Part shown: positions 1 through 7,787 of the stretch, in pieces
How positions within the stretch are numbered: the stretch's first letter is position 1
Layout of the letters: each line of letters opens with the position of its first letter
Source of the DNA: a virus
Taxonomy: Duplodnaviria; Caudoviricetes
Reading direction: 5' to 3' (one strand)
Virus record (IMG/VR): IMGVR_UViG_3300032330_000127
Location: 1 to 33,523 of that record
DNA: 33,523 nucleotides
The notes under the pieces: generated by a model
What the model was told of the DNA's origin: nothing
Seen by the model: the letters and a program-made list of their open reading frames with translations, nothing else
The model's database searches: none
Position numbers and translations under genes: made by a program

Positions 1-123
1 GATGAGAAAGCTGACCGTGGCTTGAAAGCGCCAGTGACAGATCCTACTGACGTCAACATGGTGTTGCCAGTTAAGGCATCACGCAAAGGCAAGGTGCTTG
101 CGTTTGACTCTACCTCTGGTGAC
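1..123 (+). repeat. Terminal direct repeat, copy 1 (assembly circular overlap)
   Basis: 1-123 is identical to 33401-33523 and lies inside a coding frame. Confidence 0.97.
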
Positions 124-1893
124 CCAGTAGCTGGTCCAGCGCTCGATGCTGTGACTACGGTGATTGCTCAGTCTGCCAACATTAACACGGTGGCCACCAA
201 TATTGCTAGTGTTAACACGGTTGCTGGCAATAACACCAACGTGACTACAGTGGCTGGCGTGTCTGGTGCTGTGACTACCGTGGCAGGAATCAGTTCCAAT
301 GTAACTAGTGTGGCGGGTAACTCAAGCAACATTAACACTGTTGCTACCAACAATACCAACATTACTACAGTAGCTGGTGTATCTGGAAATGTCACAACTG
401 TGGCTGGCATATCGGCTAACGTGACTACGGTTGCAGGCATATCAGGTAATGTCACAACGGTAGCAGGAGTATCAGCTGCAGTGACTACCAATGCTACCAA
501 CATATCAAGCATTAACACTAATGCAACCAACATAACTGCGATACAGAACGCATCCACAAACGCAACAAACGCAGCGACAAGCGCAACTAATGCTGCTAGC
601 TCTGCATCATCTGCATCAACATCAGCAACCACTGCAACAACCCAGGCTACTGCAGCGTCAACCAGCGCTACTAATGCAGCCTCCAGTGCAAGTGCTGCTG
701 CTACTTCAGCTACAGCTGCTGCAGCTGCCGCTGCATCTGGCCTATATCGCCAGGTACTAGACAAGTCTGCAAACTACACAGTCATATCAACCGATGGCGG
801 TACTTTGTTTAGAGTTACTACAACTAGTGGCGCTGTAACTATTACCCTACCCCAGATCTCCACGATTACTGATGGATTTAAAGTGTCTATCGTTAAGTGG
901 ACTGGAGATGCCAATGCAGTAACTATTGCACGTACTGGCTCAGACACTATCAACGGTGCTACATCAGCAACCATTGGCGCTCAGTATTCGCAGACTACTT
1001 TTGTTGCTGACTATGAGACTAACCAGTGGTTTGCTGCAAGCTCTGGCCTTGGTACTAGCAATGTGGCAGTAGACGTATTCAGTGGTAATGGATCTACTAC
1101 AGCATTCACACTGTCAGGTGATCCTGGTAGCAAGAACAATACGCTAGTAGAGGTCAGTGGTGTCTATCAGCAAAAGAGTACTTATACAGTCTCTGGTACT
1201 ACGCTGACATTTAGCACTGCACCACCCACTGGCACTAGCAACATTGAAGTAGTGTGGACTGCGCCATTGGCCATTGGTACACCAAGCGATGGCACGGTGA
1301 CTACTGCAAAGCTGGCAAGCACTACTGGATCTGGTGCTGTTGTATTGGCTACTAGTCCAACACTAACAACACCAGCATTAGGCACACCATCTGCTTTGGT
1401 GTTGACTAATGCAACTGGATTACCAGCGGCTCAACTTACAGGAACACAAACCATACCAAGGGGTACATTGCCAACGGGGTCTGTGTTGCAAGTGGTGAAT
1501 GCTACTTATTCAACAATTGTTTCAGTTTCTAACAATACATTTGTTGATACTGGTTTAACAGCAACAATCACACCAACATCGGCTACTAGCAAAATTTTGG
1601 TTTCTGTATCACAAAATGGACTTCAAAAAAGCGTCAATATAGGCGCATATCATAAAATTATTGTGCTTAGAGGTTCAACAGTAATTGGTACTCCAGCCGT
1701 AACAGTTTCATACAATGGAAACACAAATCAAAATTATGTAGGCTCTGTTTCTGGTGATTATTTAGACAGTCCAGCAACAACATCTGCAACAGTTTATAAA
1801 ACACAATTTCGCTCAGAGGGTAATCAAGGTACTGTAGGTGTTCAAGGGGATAGCGAACAATCAACAATAACTCTTATGGAGATTTCGGCATGA
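1..1893 (+). CDS. Tail fibre protein, C-terminal part (gene starts at 33062 and crosses the circular join; about 743 aa)
   Basis: Frame is continuous with 33062-33400 (...FAQQV|DEKADRGLKAP). Contains 10-aa VTTVAG repeats, an Ala/Ser/Thr stalk, and a GSVLQVV...STITLMEISA C-terminal module typical of phage fibres. Confidence 0.9.
   Translation, partial: DEKADRGLKAPVTDPTDVNMVLPVKASRKGKVLAFDSTSGDPVAGPALDAVTTVIAQSANINTVATNIASVNTVAGNNTNVTTVAGVSGAVTTVAGISSNVTSVAGNSSNINTVATNNTNITTVAGVSGNVTTVAGISANVTTVAGISGNVTTVAGVSAAVTTNATNISSINTNATNITAIQNASTNATNAATSATNAASSASSASTSATTATTQATAASTSATNAASSASAAATSATAAAAAAASGLYRQVLDKSANYTVISTDGGTLFRVTTTSGAVTITLPQISTITDGFKVSIVKWTGDANAVTIARTGSDTINGATSATIGAQYSQTTFVADYETNQWFAASSGLGTSNVAVDVFSGNGSTTAFTLSGDPGSKNNTLVEVSGVYQQKSTYTVSGTTLTFSTAPPTGTSNIEVVWTAPLAIGTPSDGTVTTAKLASTTGSGAVVLATSPTLTTPALGTPSALVLTNATGLPAAQLTGTQTIPRGTLPTGSVLQVVNATYSTIVSVSNNTFVDTGLTATITPTSATSKILVSVSQNGLQKSVNIGAYHKIIVLRGSTVIGTPAVTVSYNGNTNQNYVGSVSGDYLDSPATTSATVYKTQFRSEGNQGTVGVQGDSEQSTITLMEISA
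181..540 (+). repeat. 12 tandem degenerate 30-nt (10-aa) coding repeats in the tail fibre
   Basis: INTVATNIAS/VNTVAGNNTN/VTTVAGVSGA/VTTVAGISSN etc. at an exact 30-nt period. Confidence 0.9.
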
Positions 1894-2162
1894 ACAAGCA
1901 TCAAGCAATTTTTGCAACGCATACTAATGTGGCTGTCATCCGTGGTGAAGAGGCTTTTGATATTGATGGCAACCCAGTCGTTTATGACGAGGCGGCAGTA
2001 CAAGCCTACATAGATGCTCATGCCTACATAGCAAAACGCCAAAAAGAATATCCGCCCATGACGGACTACCTAGACGGAGTAGCCAAAGGTGACCAAGCAC
2101 AGATTGACAAATACATTGCTGACTGCCAAGCAGTTAAAGCTAAATATCCTAAAGGAGATTAA
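1890..2162 (+). CDS. Small tail-fibre-associated protein (putative chaperone)
   Basis: ATGA overlap with the fibre stop. The Y..KR..EYP...QL/YLD...VKAKYPK pattern is typical of small genes following fibres. Confidence 0.65.
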   Translation: MNKHQAIFATHTNVAVIRGEEAFDIDGNPVVYDEAAVQAYIDAHAYIAKRQKEYPPMTDYLDGVAKGDQAQIDKYIADCQAVKAKYPKGD

Positions 2163-2167
2163 CTAAC

Positions 2168-3262
2168 ATGGCACTCACACAAGTACAGCCAGGAATGCTG
2201 GCATCTGATTCACAGTACACAGGCTTTAAAAACCGCATCATCAATGGTGCGATGGTGATTGACCAGCGTAATGCGGGGGCGAGTGTTACTCCCGCTGATG
2301 GGGCTTACACTCTTGATAGATATATCTACAATGCTACGCAATCATCAAAAGTTACTATTCAACAAAATGCGGGTTCTGTAACACCACCAGTAGGATTTTC
2401 TAATTATCTTGGTGTAACTTCATCTTCTGCTTATTCTATTGGCACAAGTGATTTTTTCACTATTGGGCAAAGAATTGAAGGTTTTAATACAGCAGACTTG
2501 GCGTGGGGAACTGCTAATGCTAAAACAGTTACCTTGTCATTTCAAGTTTATTCAAGTCTAACTGGAACTTTTGGTGGTGCTGTTACAAATAGTGGATTAA
2601 CAAGAAGTTACCCATTTACTTATTCAATTTCAAGCGCAAATACTTGGACATCAATTAGCGTAACCATTGCTGGCGATACCACAGGAACTTGGATTGGTGC
2701 TACTAATGGGGTTGGTATGCGTTTGTATATTGGGCTTGGTGTTGGCTCTACTTACGCTGGAACTGCTGGCTCTTGGACAGGAACATCAAACATTCTTGGC
2801 GCTACAGGCGCAACAAGCGTAGTCGGCACAAACGGGGCAACCTTCTATCTGACGGGTGTACAACTGGAAAAAGGTTCAACAGCAACGAGTTTTGATTACC
2901 GCCCTTATGGTACTGAGTTGGCTTTGTGTCAGAGGTATTTGCCAGCATTTACTACACTTTCTGGTGGAGATGGTGGCGCTATTGGAATGGGGGTTTATTA
3001 CGACACTACGCACACTGCTACATATATTCCATTTAGCGTAATAACAAGAGTAGCACCAACAGGATTAACAGTCGGCACTGTGGCATTTGCAAATGATGGC
3101 GTGGCTTCTGCAACGGTAACTGCATTTGCACTATCTAGTACAAGTCAATATGGGGCTGGCGTAAATGTAACAGTAGGTTCAGCACAAACTTCTGGTCAAG
3201 GCGCTAGATTAAGATTTAACGGAACAGGCGCACAACTTTTATTTACAGGATGTGAACTATGA
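2168..3262 (+). CDS. Second tail fibre / receptor-binding protein (putative carbohydrate-binding beta-sandwich)
   Basis: AGGAG RBS. KNRIING.M.IDQRN...GVQLEKGS.AT.F..RPYG.ELALCQRY motif set; Gly/Ser/Thr-rich. Confidence 0.75.
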   Translation: MALTQVQPGMLASDSQYTGFKNRIINGAMVIDQRNAGASVTPADGAYTLDRYIYNATQSSKVTIQQNAGSVTPPVGFSNYLGVTSSSAYSIGTSDFFTIGQRIEGFNTADLAWGTANAKTVTLSFQVYSSLTGTFGGAVTNSGLTRSYPFTYSISSANTWTSISVTIAGDTTGTWIGATNGVGMRLYIGLGVGSTYAGTAGSWTGTSNILGATGATSVVGTNGATFYLTGVQLEKGSTATSFDYRPYGTELALCQRYLPAFTTLSGGDGGAIGMGVYYDTTHTATYIPFSVITRVAPTGLTVGTVAFANDGVASATVTAFALSSTSQYGAGVNVTVGSAQTSGQGARLRFNGTGAQLLFTGCEL

Positions 3263-3435
3263 CAGCCCCAATTTGGAAACTTGTAAAAGACCCATATACA
3301 CATCAAGAAGTATCTGTATGGCGTGAATTAGATAATGGAAAACAAGAATCTTGTTTAATAACAGCACCAGAATATTTAGAGTGGGTGGCTGAAGGCAATA
3401 CTGTTTTACCTGCTGATGAAAATAATAATGGATAA
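3259..3435 (+). CDS. 58-aa tail-fibre-associated protein (absent from the ORF track)
   Basis: ATGA overlap with the upstream stop. Translates MTAPIWKLVKDP...PEYLEWVAEGNTVLPADENNNG; the YLEW.AEGN..PAD motif typically follows this fibre type. Confidence 0.8.
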   Translation: MTAPIWKLVKDPYTHQEVSVWRELDNGKQESCLITAPEYLEWVAEGNTVLPADENNNG

Positions 3436-4057
3436 GACACCATTTAAACCAACTGCCTTGCTAGTAATGGAACACAACATTACTGGCTTGAAATACTTTT
3501 GCAAGACTACTATGCTTGACAGAGTACATCGCTACAAAGGTAGTGGTTTGGCATGGACAAAGCATTTACGTGAAAATGGTTTTGATGTAAAGGCTGGAAT
3601 ACTTGGTTTTTATGTTGAGGAAAAACGCTGTTTAGAAGCGGCAAAGAAATTTAGCGAAGAAAATAATATTGTTGATAGCAATGTATGGGCTAATGCTGTT
3701 GTAGAAACAGGGAAAAATGGCTGTTCAATGACAGGAGAGCGCAATCCTTTTTATGGAAAAAAACATACGCCAGAAGCAATAGAGTCTGCAAGATTGAAAA
3801 AACTTGGTCGCTCTGTAAACAAAGGCGCTTATCGTTCACCAGAACAAAGAGCAAAAATATCATCATCTTTAAAAGGCAGAAGCAATCCAGTAGTTTCCGC
3901 AAAATTAACTGGTAGAAAACAAACTGAAGAACATAAAGCAAATGTAGCCAAAGGAAGACAGGGGTTTATGCACAGCATGGAAACTAAAGAAAAATTACGA
4001 CTTCTTGCCATAAAACAATGGGCTAAAGTTAAACAACTAGAGCCAGCAGATGACTGA
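3416..4057 (+). CDS. Free-standing GIY-YIG (Seg-like) homing endonuclease with NUMOD3 motifs
   Basis: N-terminal HNITGLKYFCKT...YKGSG..W..HL. C-terminal NPFYGKKHTPE, GRKQTEEHKA and HSMETKEKLR repeats. AT-rich; alternative start at 3428. Confidence 0.8.
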   Translation: MKIIMDKTPFKPTALLVMEHNITGLKYFCKTTMLDRVHRYKGSGLAWTKHLRENGFDVKAGILGFYVEEKRCLEAAKKFSEENNIVDSNVWANAVVETGKNGCSMTGERNPFYGKKHTPEAIESARLKKLGRSVNKGAYRSPEQRAKISSSLKGRSNPVVSAKLTGRKQTEEHKANVAKGRQGFMHSMETKEKLRLLAIKQWAKVKQLEPADD

Positions 4058-4247
4058 TAACACTGATACACAACTGGCTGTTCATGTTGCAATTTGTGAT
4101 GAGCGTTATAAGCGCATTGATGAATCACTGTCTACTGGTGACAAGCGTATGGCCAAGATAGAGTACTTGCTTTATGGCGTGATGCTGTGTGTCCTGCTTG
4201 GTCCTGGTGTGGCTGCTGAGTTCATTAAGAAAATGTTTGGCATCTAA
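4050..4247 (+). CDS. Small membrane protein (holin-like or lysis-associated)
   Basis: Coiled-coil N-terminus (H.AIC.ERY) plus one C-terminal hydrophobic helix; first gene of the lysis region. Confidence 0.6.
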   Translation: MTDNTDTQLAVHVAICDERYKRIDESLSTGDKRMAKIEYLLYGVMLCVLLGPGVAAEFIKKMFGI

Positions 4248-4249
4248 AT

Positions 4250-4975
4250 GTGGATCCATTCAGTCTCCTCATGCTGGCACAAGGTGCGTTTAGTGCTATC
4301 AAGCAGGGGTGCGACTATTTACACCAGGGCAGGATTGCTCTGGACTCAGCTAAGAAGACAGTCGATGGAGCGTTGGCAGATGTCAAGGCAATCAAGGGTA
4401 TCTTTGATTGGTTCATTGGCCTCTTCATATCAAAGCCTAAAGTCGATATTGCAAAGCCTATTGCTAAAGCAGTCAAAGCAAAGCCAGCAGCTGCAGCCAA
4501 GCAACAGCAATCCTATGAGCAACTCGAACTTGAACTCATTAAGTCAGTCGGAGAAAACATTGGAATCCTCTTTGATACCCAGCAACAAATCAACACGTAC
4601 TACCAAGAGCTTGAAGAAGACTCCAAAACAAACTACAACCCAGACCAAAACAACAGCAAGAAGGCGATCGAGCGAGCATTGATTGAGCTGCAGCTGGAGA
4701 AGCTAATGGAGCAGACCAGAGAGGCAATGGTCTATGCGCCAGCAGAATTGAAAGACTTGTACACCAGGTTCTTGAAGATGTATGGGCAGATTGAGAGAGA
4801 GCAGGCGTGGGCTAGAACAGAGATGATTCGCAGGGCTAGGTTAGCCAGGTGGAAGAAAGAACAGGAAGAGATCAGGCAGATTGAGATGATTAGTGGAGGC
4901 GTTGCTGTGATGTTCATATCATTATTTTTTGGGTGGGTAATGTGGCAACTACGAAACTTGTCTGGTGGATATTGA
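4250..4975 (+). CDS. Helical/coiled-coil protein with C-terminal TM segment, function unknown
   Basis: 241-aa ORF with GTG start, amphipathic N-terminus and TM segment GGVAVMFISLFFGWVMW. Confidence 0.75.
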   Translation: MDPFSLLMLAQGAFSAIKQGCDYLHQGRIALDSAKKTVDGALADVKAIKGIFDWFIGLFISKPKVDIAKPIAKAVKAKPAAAAKQQQSYEQLELELIKSVGENIGILFDTQQQINTYYQELEEDSKTNYNPDQNNSKKAIERALIELQLEKLMEQTREAMVYAPAELKDLYTRFLKMYGQIEREQAWARTEMIRRARLARWKKEQEEIRQIEMISGGVAVMFISLFFGWVMWQLRNLSGGY

Positions 4976-5109
4976 TTGGGGTAGCAATATGTCTTGTTGT
5001 TGGCGTCACATCAATGGCATATGTGGAGACTCTCTACATGAAAGCTCAGATCAAGAAAGAGATCAAAGAATTGCGTAAGTTAAAACAGGAATTGAAAGAA
5101 TCTAAATGA
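4933..5109 (+). CDS. 58-aa single-TM plus coiled-coil protein (absent from the ORF track)
   Basis: GTG at 4933 or 4942. Translates ...LVWWILIGVAICLVVGVTSMAYVETLYMKAQIKKEIKELRKLKQELKESK. Fills the gap and ends in an ATGA overlap with 5106. Confidence 0.7.
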   Translation: MGNVATTKLVWWILIGVAICLVVGVTSMAYVETLYMKAQIKKEIKELRKLKQELKESK

Positions 5110-5330
5110 GATATCTACTGTTGTTACTGCTGCTATTAACGGCCTGCGATGACCGATATCGGTACTTCTGCCAGGACCCTAAGAACTTCCCTGCCAAGCG
5201 CTGCCAGCGTCCTGATTGCCAATTTACCCAAGACTGTCCCGATTATTTAGTAGCACCTATATTGGAGAAACAAGTTGTCCAACCATCCCAAGTTCCAAGT
5301 CAATCGTCTTCTGACCCAGGAAGAAATTGA
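5106..5330 (+). CDS. Cys-rich lipoprotein
   Basis: Signal peptide MRYLLLLLLLLTA-C (lipobox), followed by four more Cys. Confidence 0.75.
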   Translation: MRYLLLLLLLLTACDDRYRYFCQDPKNFPAKRCQRPDCQFTQDCPDYLVAPILEKQVVQPSQVPSQSSSDPGRN

Positions 5331-5775
5331 GATAAGGGTCTGGGCCTTTGTGGTCCTGATCGTTACCTTTATTCTTGCTGGCATCGTGATGTTCATGCTG
5401 TACAGCCTGGCCTTTGTTGTGCAGCCAATCAAGTCTATGGCGCCTATTGACCAGGCATTTGCCAAGATGCTCAATGACATTGTGCTATTGATAGTTGGTG
5501 GCATAGGTGGCGTGATGTCTCGCAAGGGTGTGCAGACTATTGCTGACAAGGTATCTCAAGCAAGTAACCCAACAGCACCTACCCCACCCGCTCCAGCTGC
5601 AGCGCCTGCTACATCTACCTGGTCAGCGCCATCTGGTGGCCTGCCTGCTTGGGTAAACCCAGTACTCGATGAGGAATGGAGAGCGCCACCTCCACCTACT
5701 ACACCGCCTGACTACGTTGATCCAGCCAAGGAAGAGATAGCGCAGGAACGTGCAGCAGCGAGGGCTGAGACATGA
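5275..5775 (+). CDS. Two-TM membrane protein with Pro-rich tail (holin candidate)
   Basis: Two hydrophobic helices, then PTPPAP/PPPPTTPP; lies upstream of the spanin and endolysin. Confidence 0.65.
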   Translation: MSNHPKFQVNRLLTQEEIEIRVWAFVVLIVTFILAGIVMFMLYSLAFVVQPIKSMAPIDQAFAKMLNDIVLLIVGGIGGVMSRKGVQTIADKVSQASNPTAPTPPAPAAAPATSTWSAPSGGLPAWVNPVLDEEWRAPPPPTTPPDYVDPAKEEIAQERAAARAET

Positions 5776-6239
5776 TATTGCCAAACCCCTGGATGATCAT
5801 TGGCGCCATCGTGATGGCCATCAGTGTGTACTTCTACGGCCATCACAAAGGATGGGCCGAGCGTGACCAGGAGATGCAATCCGAGATTGCTGCCAAGAAT
5901 GAAGAGGCTCGAACCAAAGAGCAGGAACTAACCAAACAACTCAACGACAACTCAACCAAGTTACAGGAGGCCAACAATGCCATCACTGAAAAACAGTCTT
6001 CTCTTAATAAGCTCATTCGCTCTAGTAGCTTGCGCCTCCAAACCCCAGGTTGTGTACAAGCCAGTGCAAGTACCACCGCTGCCAGCGGAAATAGCAACCA
6101 AGCGGGAAGTGAATCTGACAGAGAGACTCTCGCAGCTATTGCAGAGATCGTCGCTCAAGGAGACAGGAACACAGCCCAGCTCAACGCCTGCATCGACAGT
6201 TACAACAAAGTAATGGAGGCCGTGAATGTTAAACGCTGA
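5772..6239 (+). CDS. Rz: Rz-like inner-membrane spanin
   Basis: N-terminal TM, long coiled coil, C-terminal ..GD....QLNAC pattern; contains a nested lipoprotein ORF. Confidence 0.8.
   Translation: MILPNPWMIIGAIVMAISVYFYGHHKGWAERDQEMQSEIAAKNEEARTKEQELTKQLNDNSTKLQEANNAITEKQSSLNKLIRSSSLRLQTPGCVQASASTTAASGNSNQAGSESDRETLAAIAEIVAQGDRNTAQLNACIDSYNKVMEAVNVKR
5977..6213 (+). CDS. Rz1: Rz1-like outer-membrane spanin lipoprotein embedded in the +1 frame of Rz
   Basis: Signal peptide ending LVA-C, then Pro-rich KPVQVPPLPAE; fully nested in Rz. Confidence 0.75.
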   Translation: MPSLKNSLLLISSFALVACASKPQVVYKPVQVPPLPAEIATKREVNLTERLSQLLQRSSLKETGTQPSSTPASTVTTK

Positions 6240-6822
6240 GAAACTAGCCAAGCTGCACATCGGTGCTGAGTGGGTTGATCCACTGAATGAAACCTTTGAG
6301 CGCTTTGGAATTTTTAGCCAGAATCAGCAGGCTACATTTATTGGCCAGTGTGGCCATGAGTGTGGAAACTTCAGAATCCTGGAAGAGAATCTAAATTACA
6401 AAGCTGTAACGCTAATGAAGTTGTGGCCTAAAAGATTTCCCACACTGGAGGTGGCCAATGGCTACGCTGGAAACCCTAAGAAAATTGCAAATCAAGTCTA
6501 TTCTTCTCGCATGGGTAACCGTGACGAAAATAGTGGTGACGGTTATCGCTTTAGGGGTAGGGGTTGTATTCAGCTTACTGGTCACTCTAATTATTTCCAC
6601 GCTGGTAAAGCGCTGGGCGTGGATTTTGTTATGGACCCTGATCTTGTTGGCACTCCTAAATATGCTGCCCTTACAGCTGGATGGTTCTGGGATACCCACA
6701 AACTCAATGCTCCAGCGGATGCCCTTGACCATGCCAAGGTAACCAAGATTATTAATGGTGGAACTATAGGGCTTGAGGATCGCATCAAGCACACCCAGCA
6801 AGCCCTATTAGTTCTAGCCTAA
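6226..6822 (+). CDS. Endolysin, glycoside hydrolase family 19
   Basis: FIGQCGHE, EENLNY, GDGYRFRGRGCIQLTG..NY, and TKIINGG..GL.DR motifs. Confidence 0.92.
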   Translation: MLNAEKLAKLHIGAEWVDPLNETFERFGIFSQNQQATFIGQCGHECGNFRILEENLNYKAVTLMKLWPKRFPTLEVANGYAGNPKKIANQVYSSRMGNRDENSGDGYRFRGRGCIQLTGHSNYFHAGKALGVDFVMDPDLVGTPKYAALTAGWFWDTHKLNAPADALDHAKVTKIINGGTIGLEDRIKHTQQALLVLA

Positions 6823-7787
6823 GTGGCAGCACCAAGCGCAGCAATGCGCTGTTGATGGCCAGCAATGTGGCGCACACGTTTGGCCATGTCTACCTTGTTG
6901 ATGGTGTCAGCGTTGGCCTCACGTAACTCACGCAGCTTTGTCATGCGCTCACGTGGCTTGATCTTCTGACTGGATGCTATCTTTTCGCAGAACTGCTCAT
7001 ATGCATCTTGCCATTCTTCTAGCGTGGCGTGAGTGCTGTGCGGTGAATCTTTGCCAGGCAAGATGATCGCAAACTCACCAGCTGGTGCTGGCGCTGGTGG
7101 CTCGATGGCCAACTCTTCAAACGGTGGGTGATCAACGATCTCTACTTCACCAGTCTCTACATCTGGCGCAGTGAACTCTACAGCTGGTGCTGGTGCTGGC
7201 GCCTGCAATGCATCAAGCGGGTTGCGTGGCGTGATGTCTTTGGCTGGGCGCTTAGTCTCCTCTGGATAGTCTTGCGCCTCTTCTGTGGTGATCAAGCCTT
7301 TGAGTACGTCTGGATATGCATCACGCAGAGCAAAGCCCCTGGCTCTCATCTGCAGCATTCGCTTGGGGTATGCCTGCCATGGACCCTGCTTGCCCCACAG
7401 GCCTGCACGTTTAGCATCTTCAACAGAGAAACGCACGGTGACTGGCGCTCTGCCTTTGCGCCTGGCCACACACACGGCCACTGGGTTTGGCGTACCCTCA
7501 TCTTCAATGCTTTCCTCTACGCCCTCACACACTGGGCTGGCCTGCACCAGTGCCATCATGGCATCACCGTACACACTAGGCTTGCCATTGATAACAGCGA
7601 TGTTTTGCAAAGCCTGCATTGGGGCTAGACCCATCTCCATGCCCCACTGAATGCAGACCATGATGTCTTGTGGCTTGCCCATGTACTGCTTGGGGACCAT
7701 GTTGCTGTTGGCCAGCATCTCGCTGAACTGTATGGCCTCGGTGACCGTAGCTGGCGCAAAGCCCTGGCGATTAGTAAGACTGCTCAT
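6819..7787 (-). CDS. recT: RecT-like single-strand annealing protein
   Basis: QALQNIAVINGKPSVYGDA and GPWQ.YPKRML..RARGFALRD.YPDVL.G motifs; coupled to the upstream exonuclease. Confidence 0.8.
   Translation of the reverse strand: MSSLTNRQGFAPATVTEAIQFSEMLANSNMVPKQYMGKPQDIMVCIQWGMEMGLAPMQALQNIAVINGKPSVYGDAMMALVQASPVCEGVEESIEDEGTPNPVAVCVARRKGRAPVTVRFSVEDAKRAGLWGKQGPWQAYPKRMLQMRARGFALRDAYPDVLKGLITTEEAQDYPEETKRPAKDITPRNPLDALQAPAPAPAVEFTAPDVETGEVEIVDHPPFEELAIEPPAPAPAGEFAIILPGKDSPHSTHATLEEWQDAYEQFCEKIASSQKIKPRERMTKLRELREANADTINKVDMAKRVRHIAGHQQRIAALGAAT

Noticed and set aside
168-764. 198-aa minus-strand ORF and similar long antisense ORFs (13283-14008, 18123-18803, 28875-29399, 30191-30835)
   Set aside because: Shadow frames of well-supported plus-strand genes, with no RBS or recognisable motifs.
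1-3262. Diversity-generating retroelement, as in BPP-1-like phages
   Set aside because: No reverse transcriptase was recognised and no template/variable repeat pair differing at adenines was seen.
4248-4682. 144-aa alternative-frame ORF overlapping 4250-4975
   Set aside because: Ser/Gln/Leu-rich off-frame composition with no lipobox or motif; the 241-aa frame explains the region, though dual coding is not strictly excluded.
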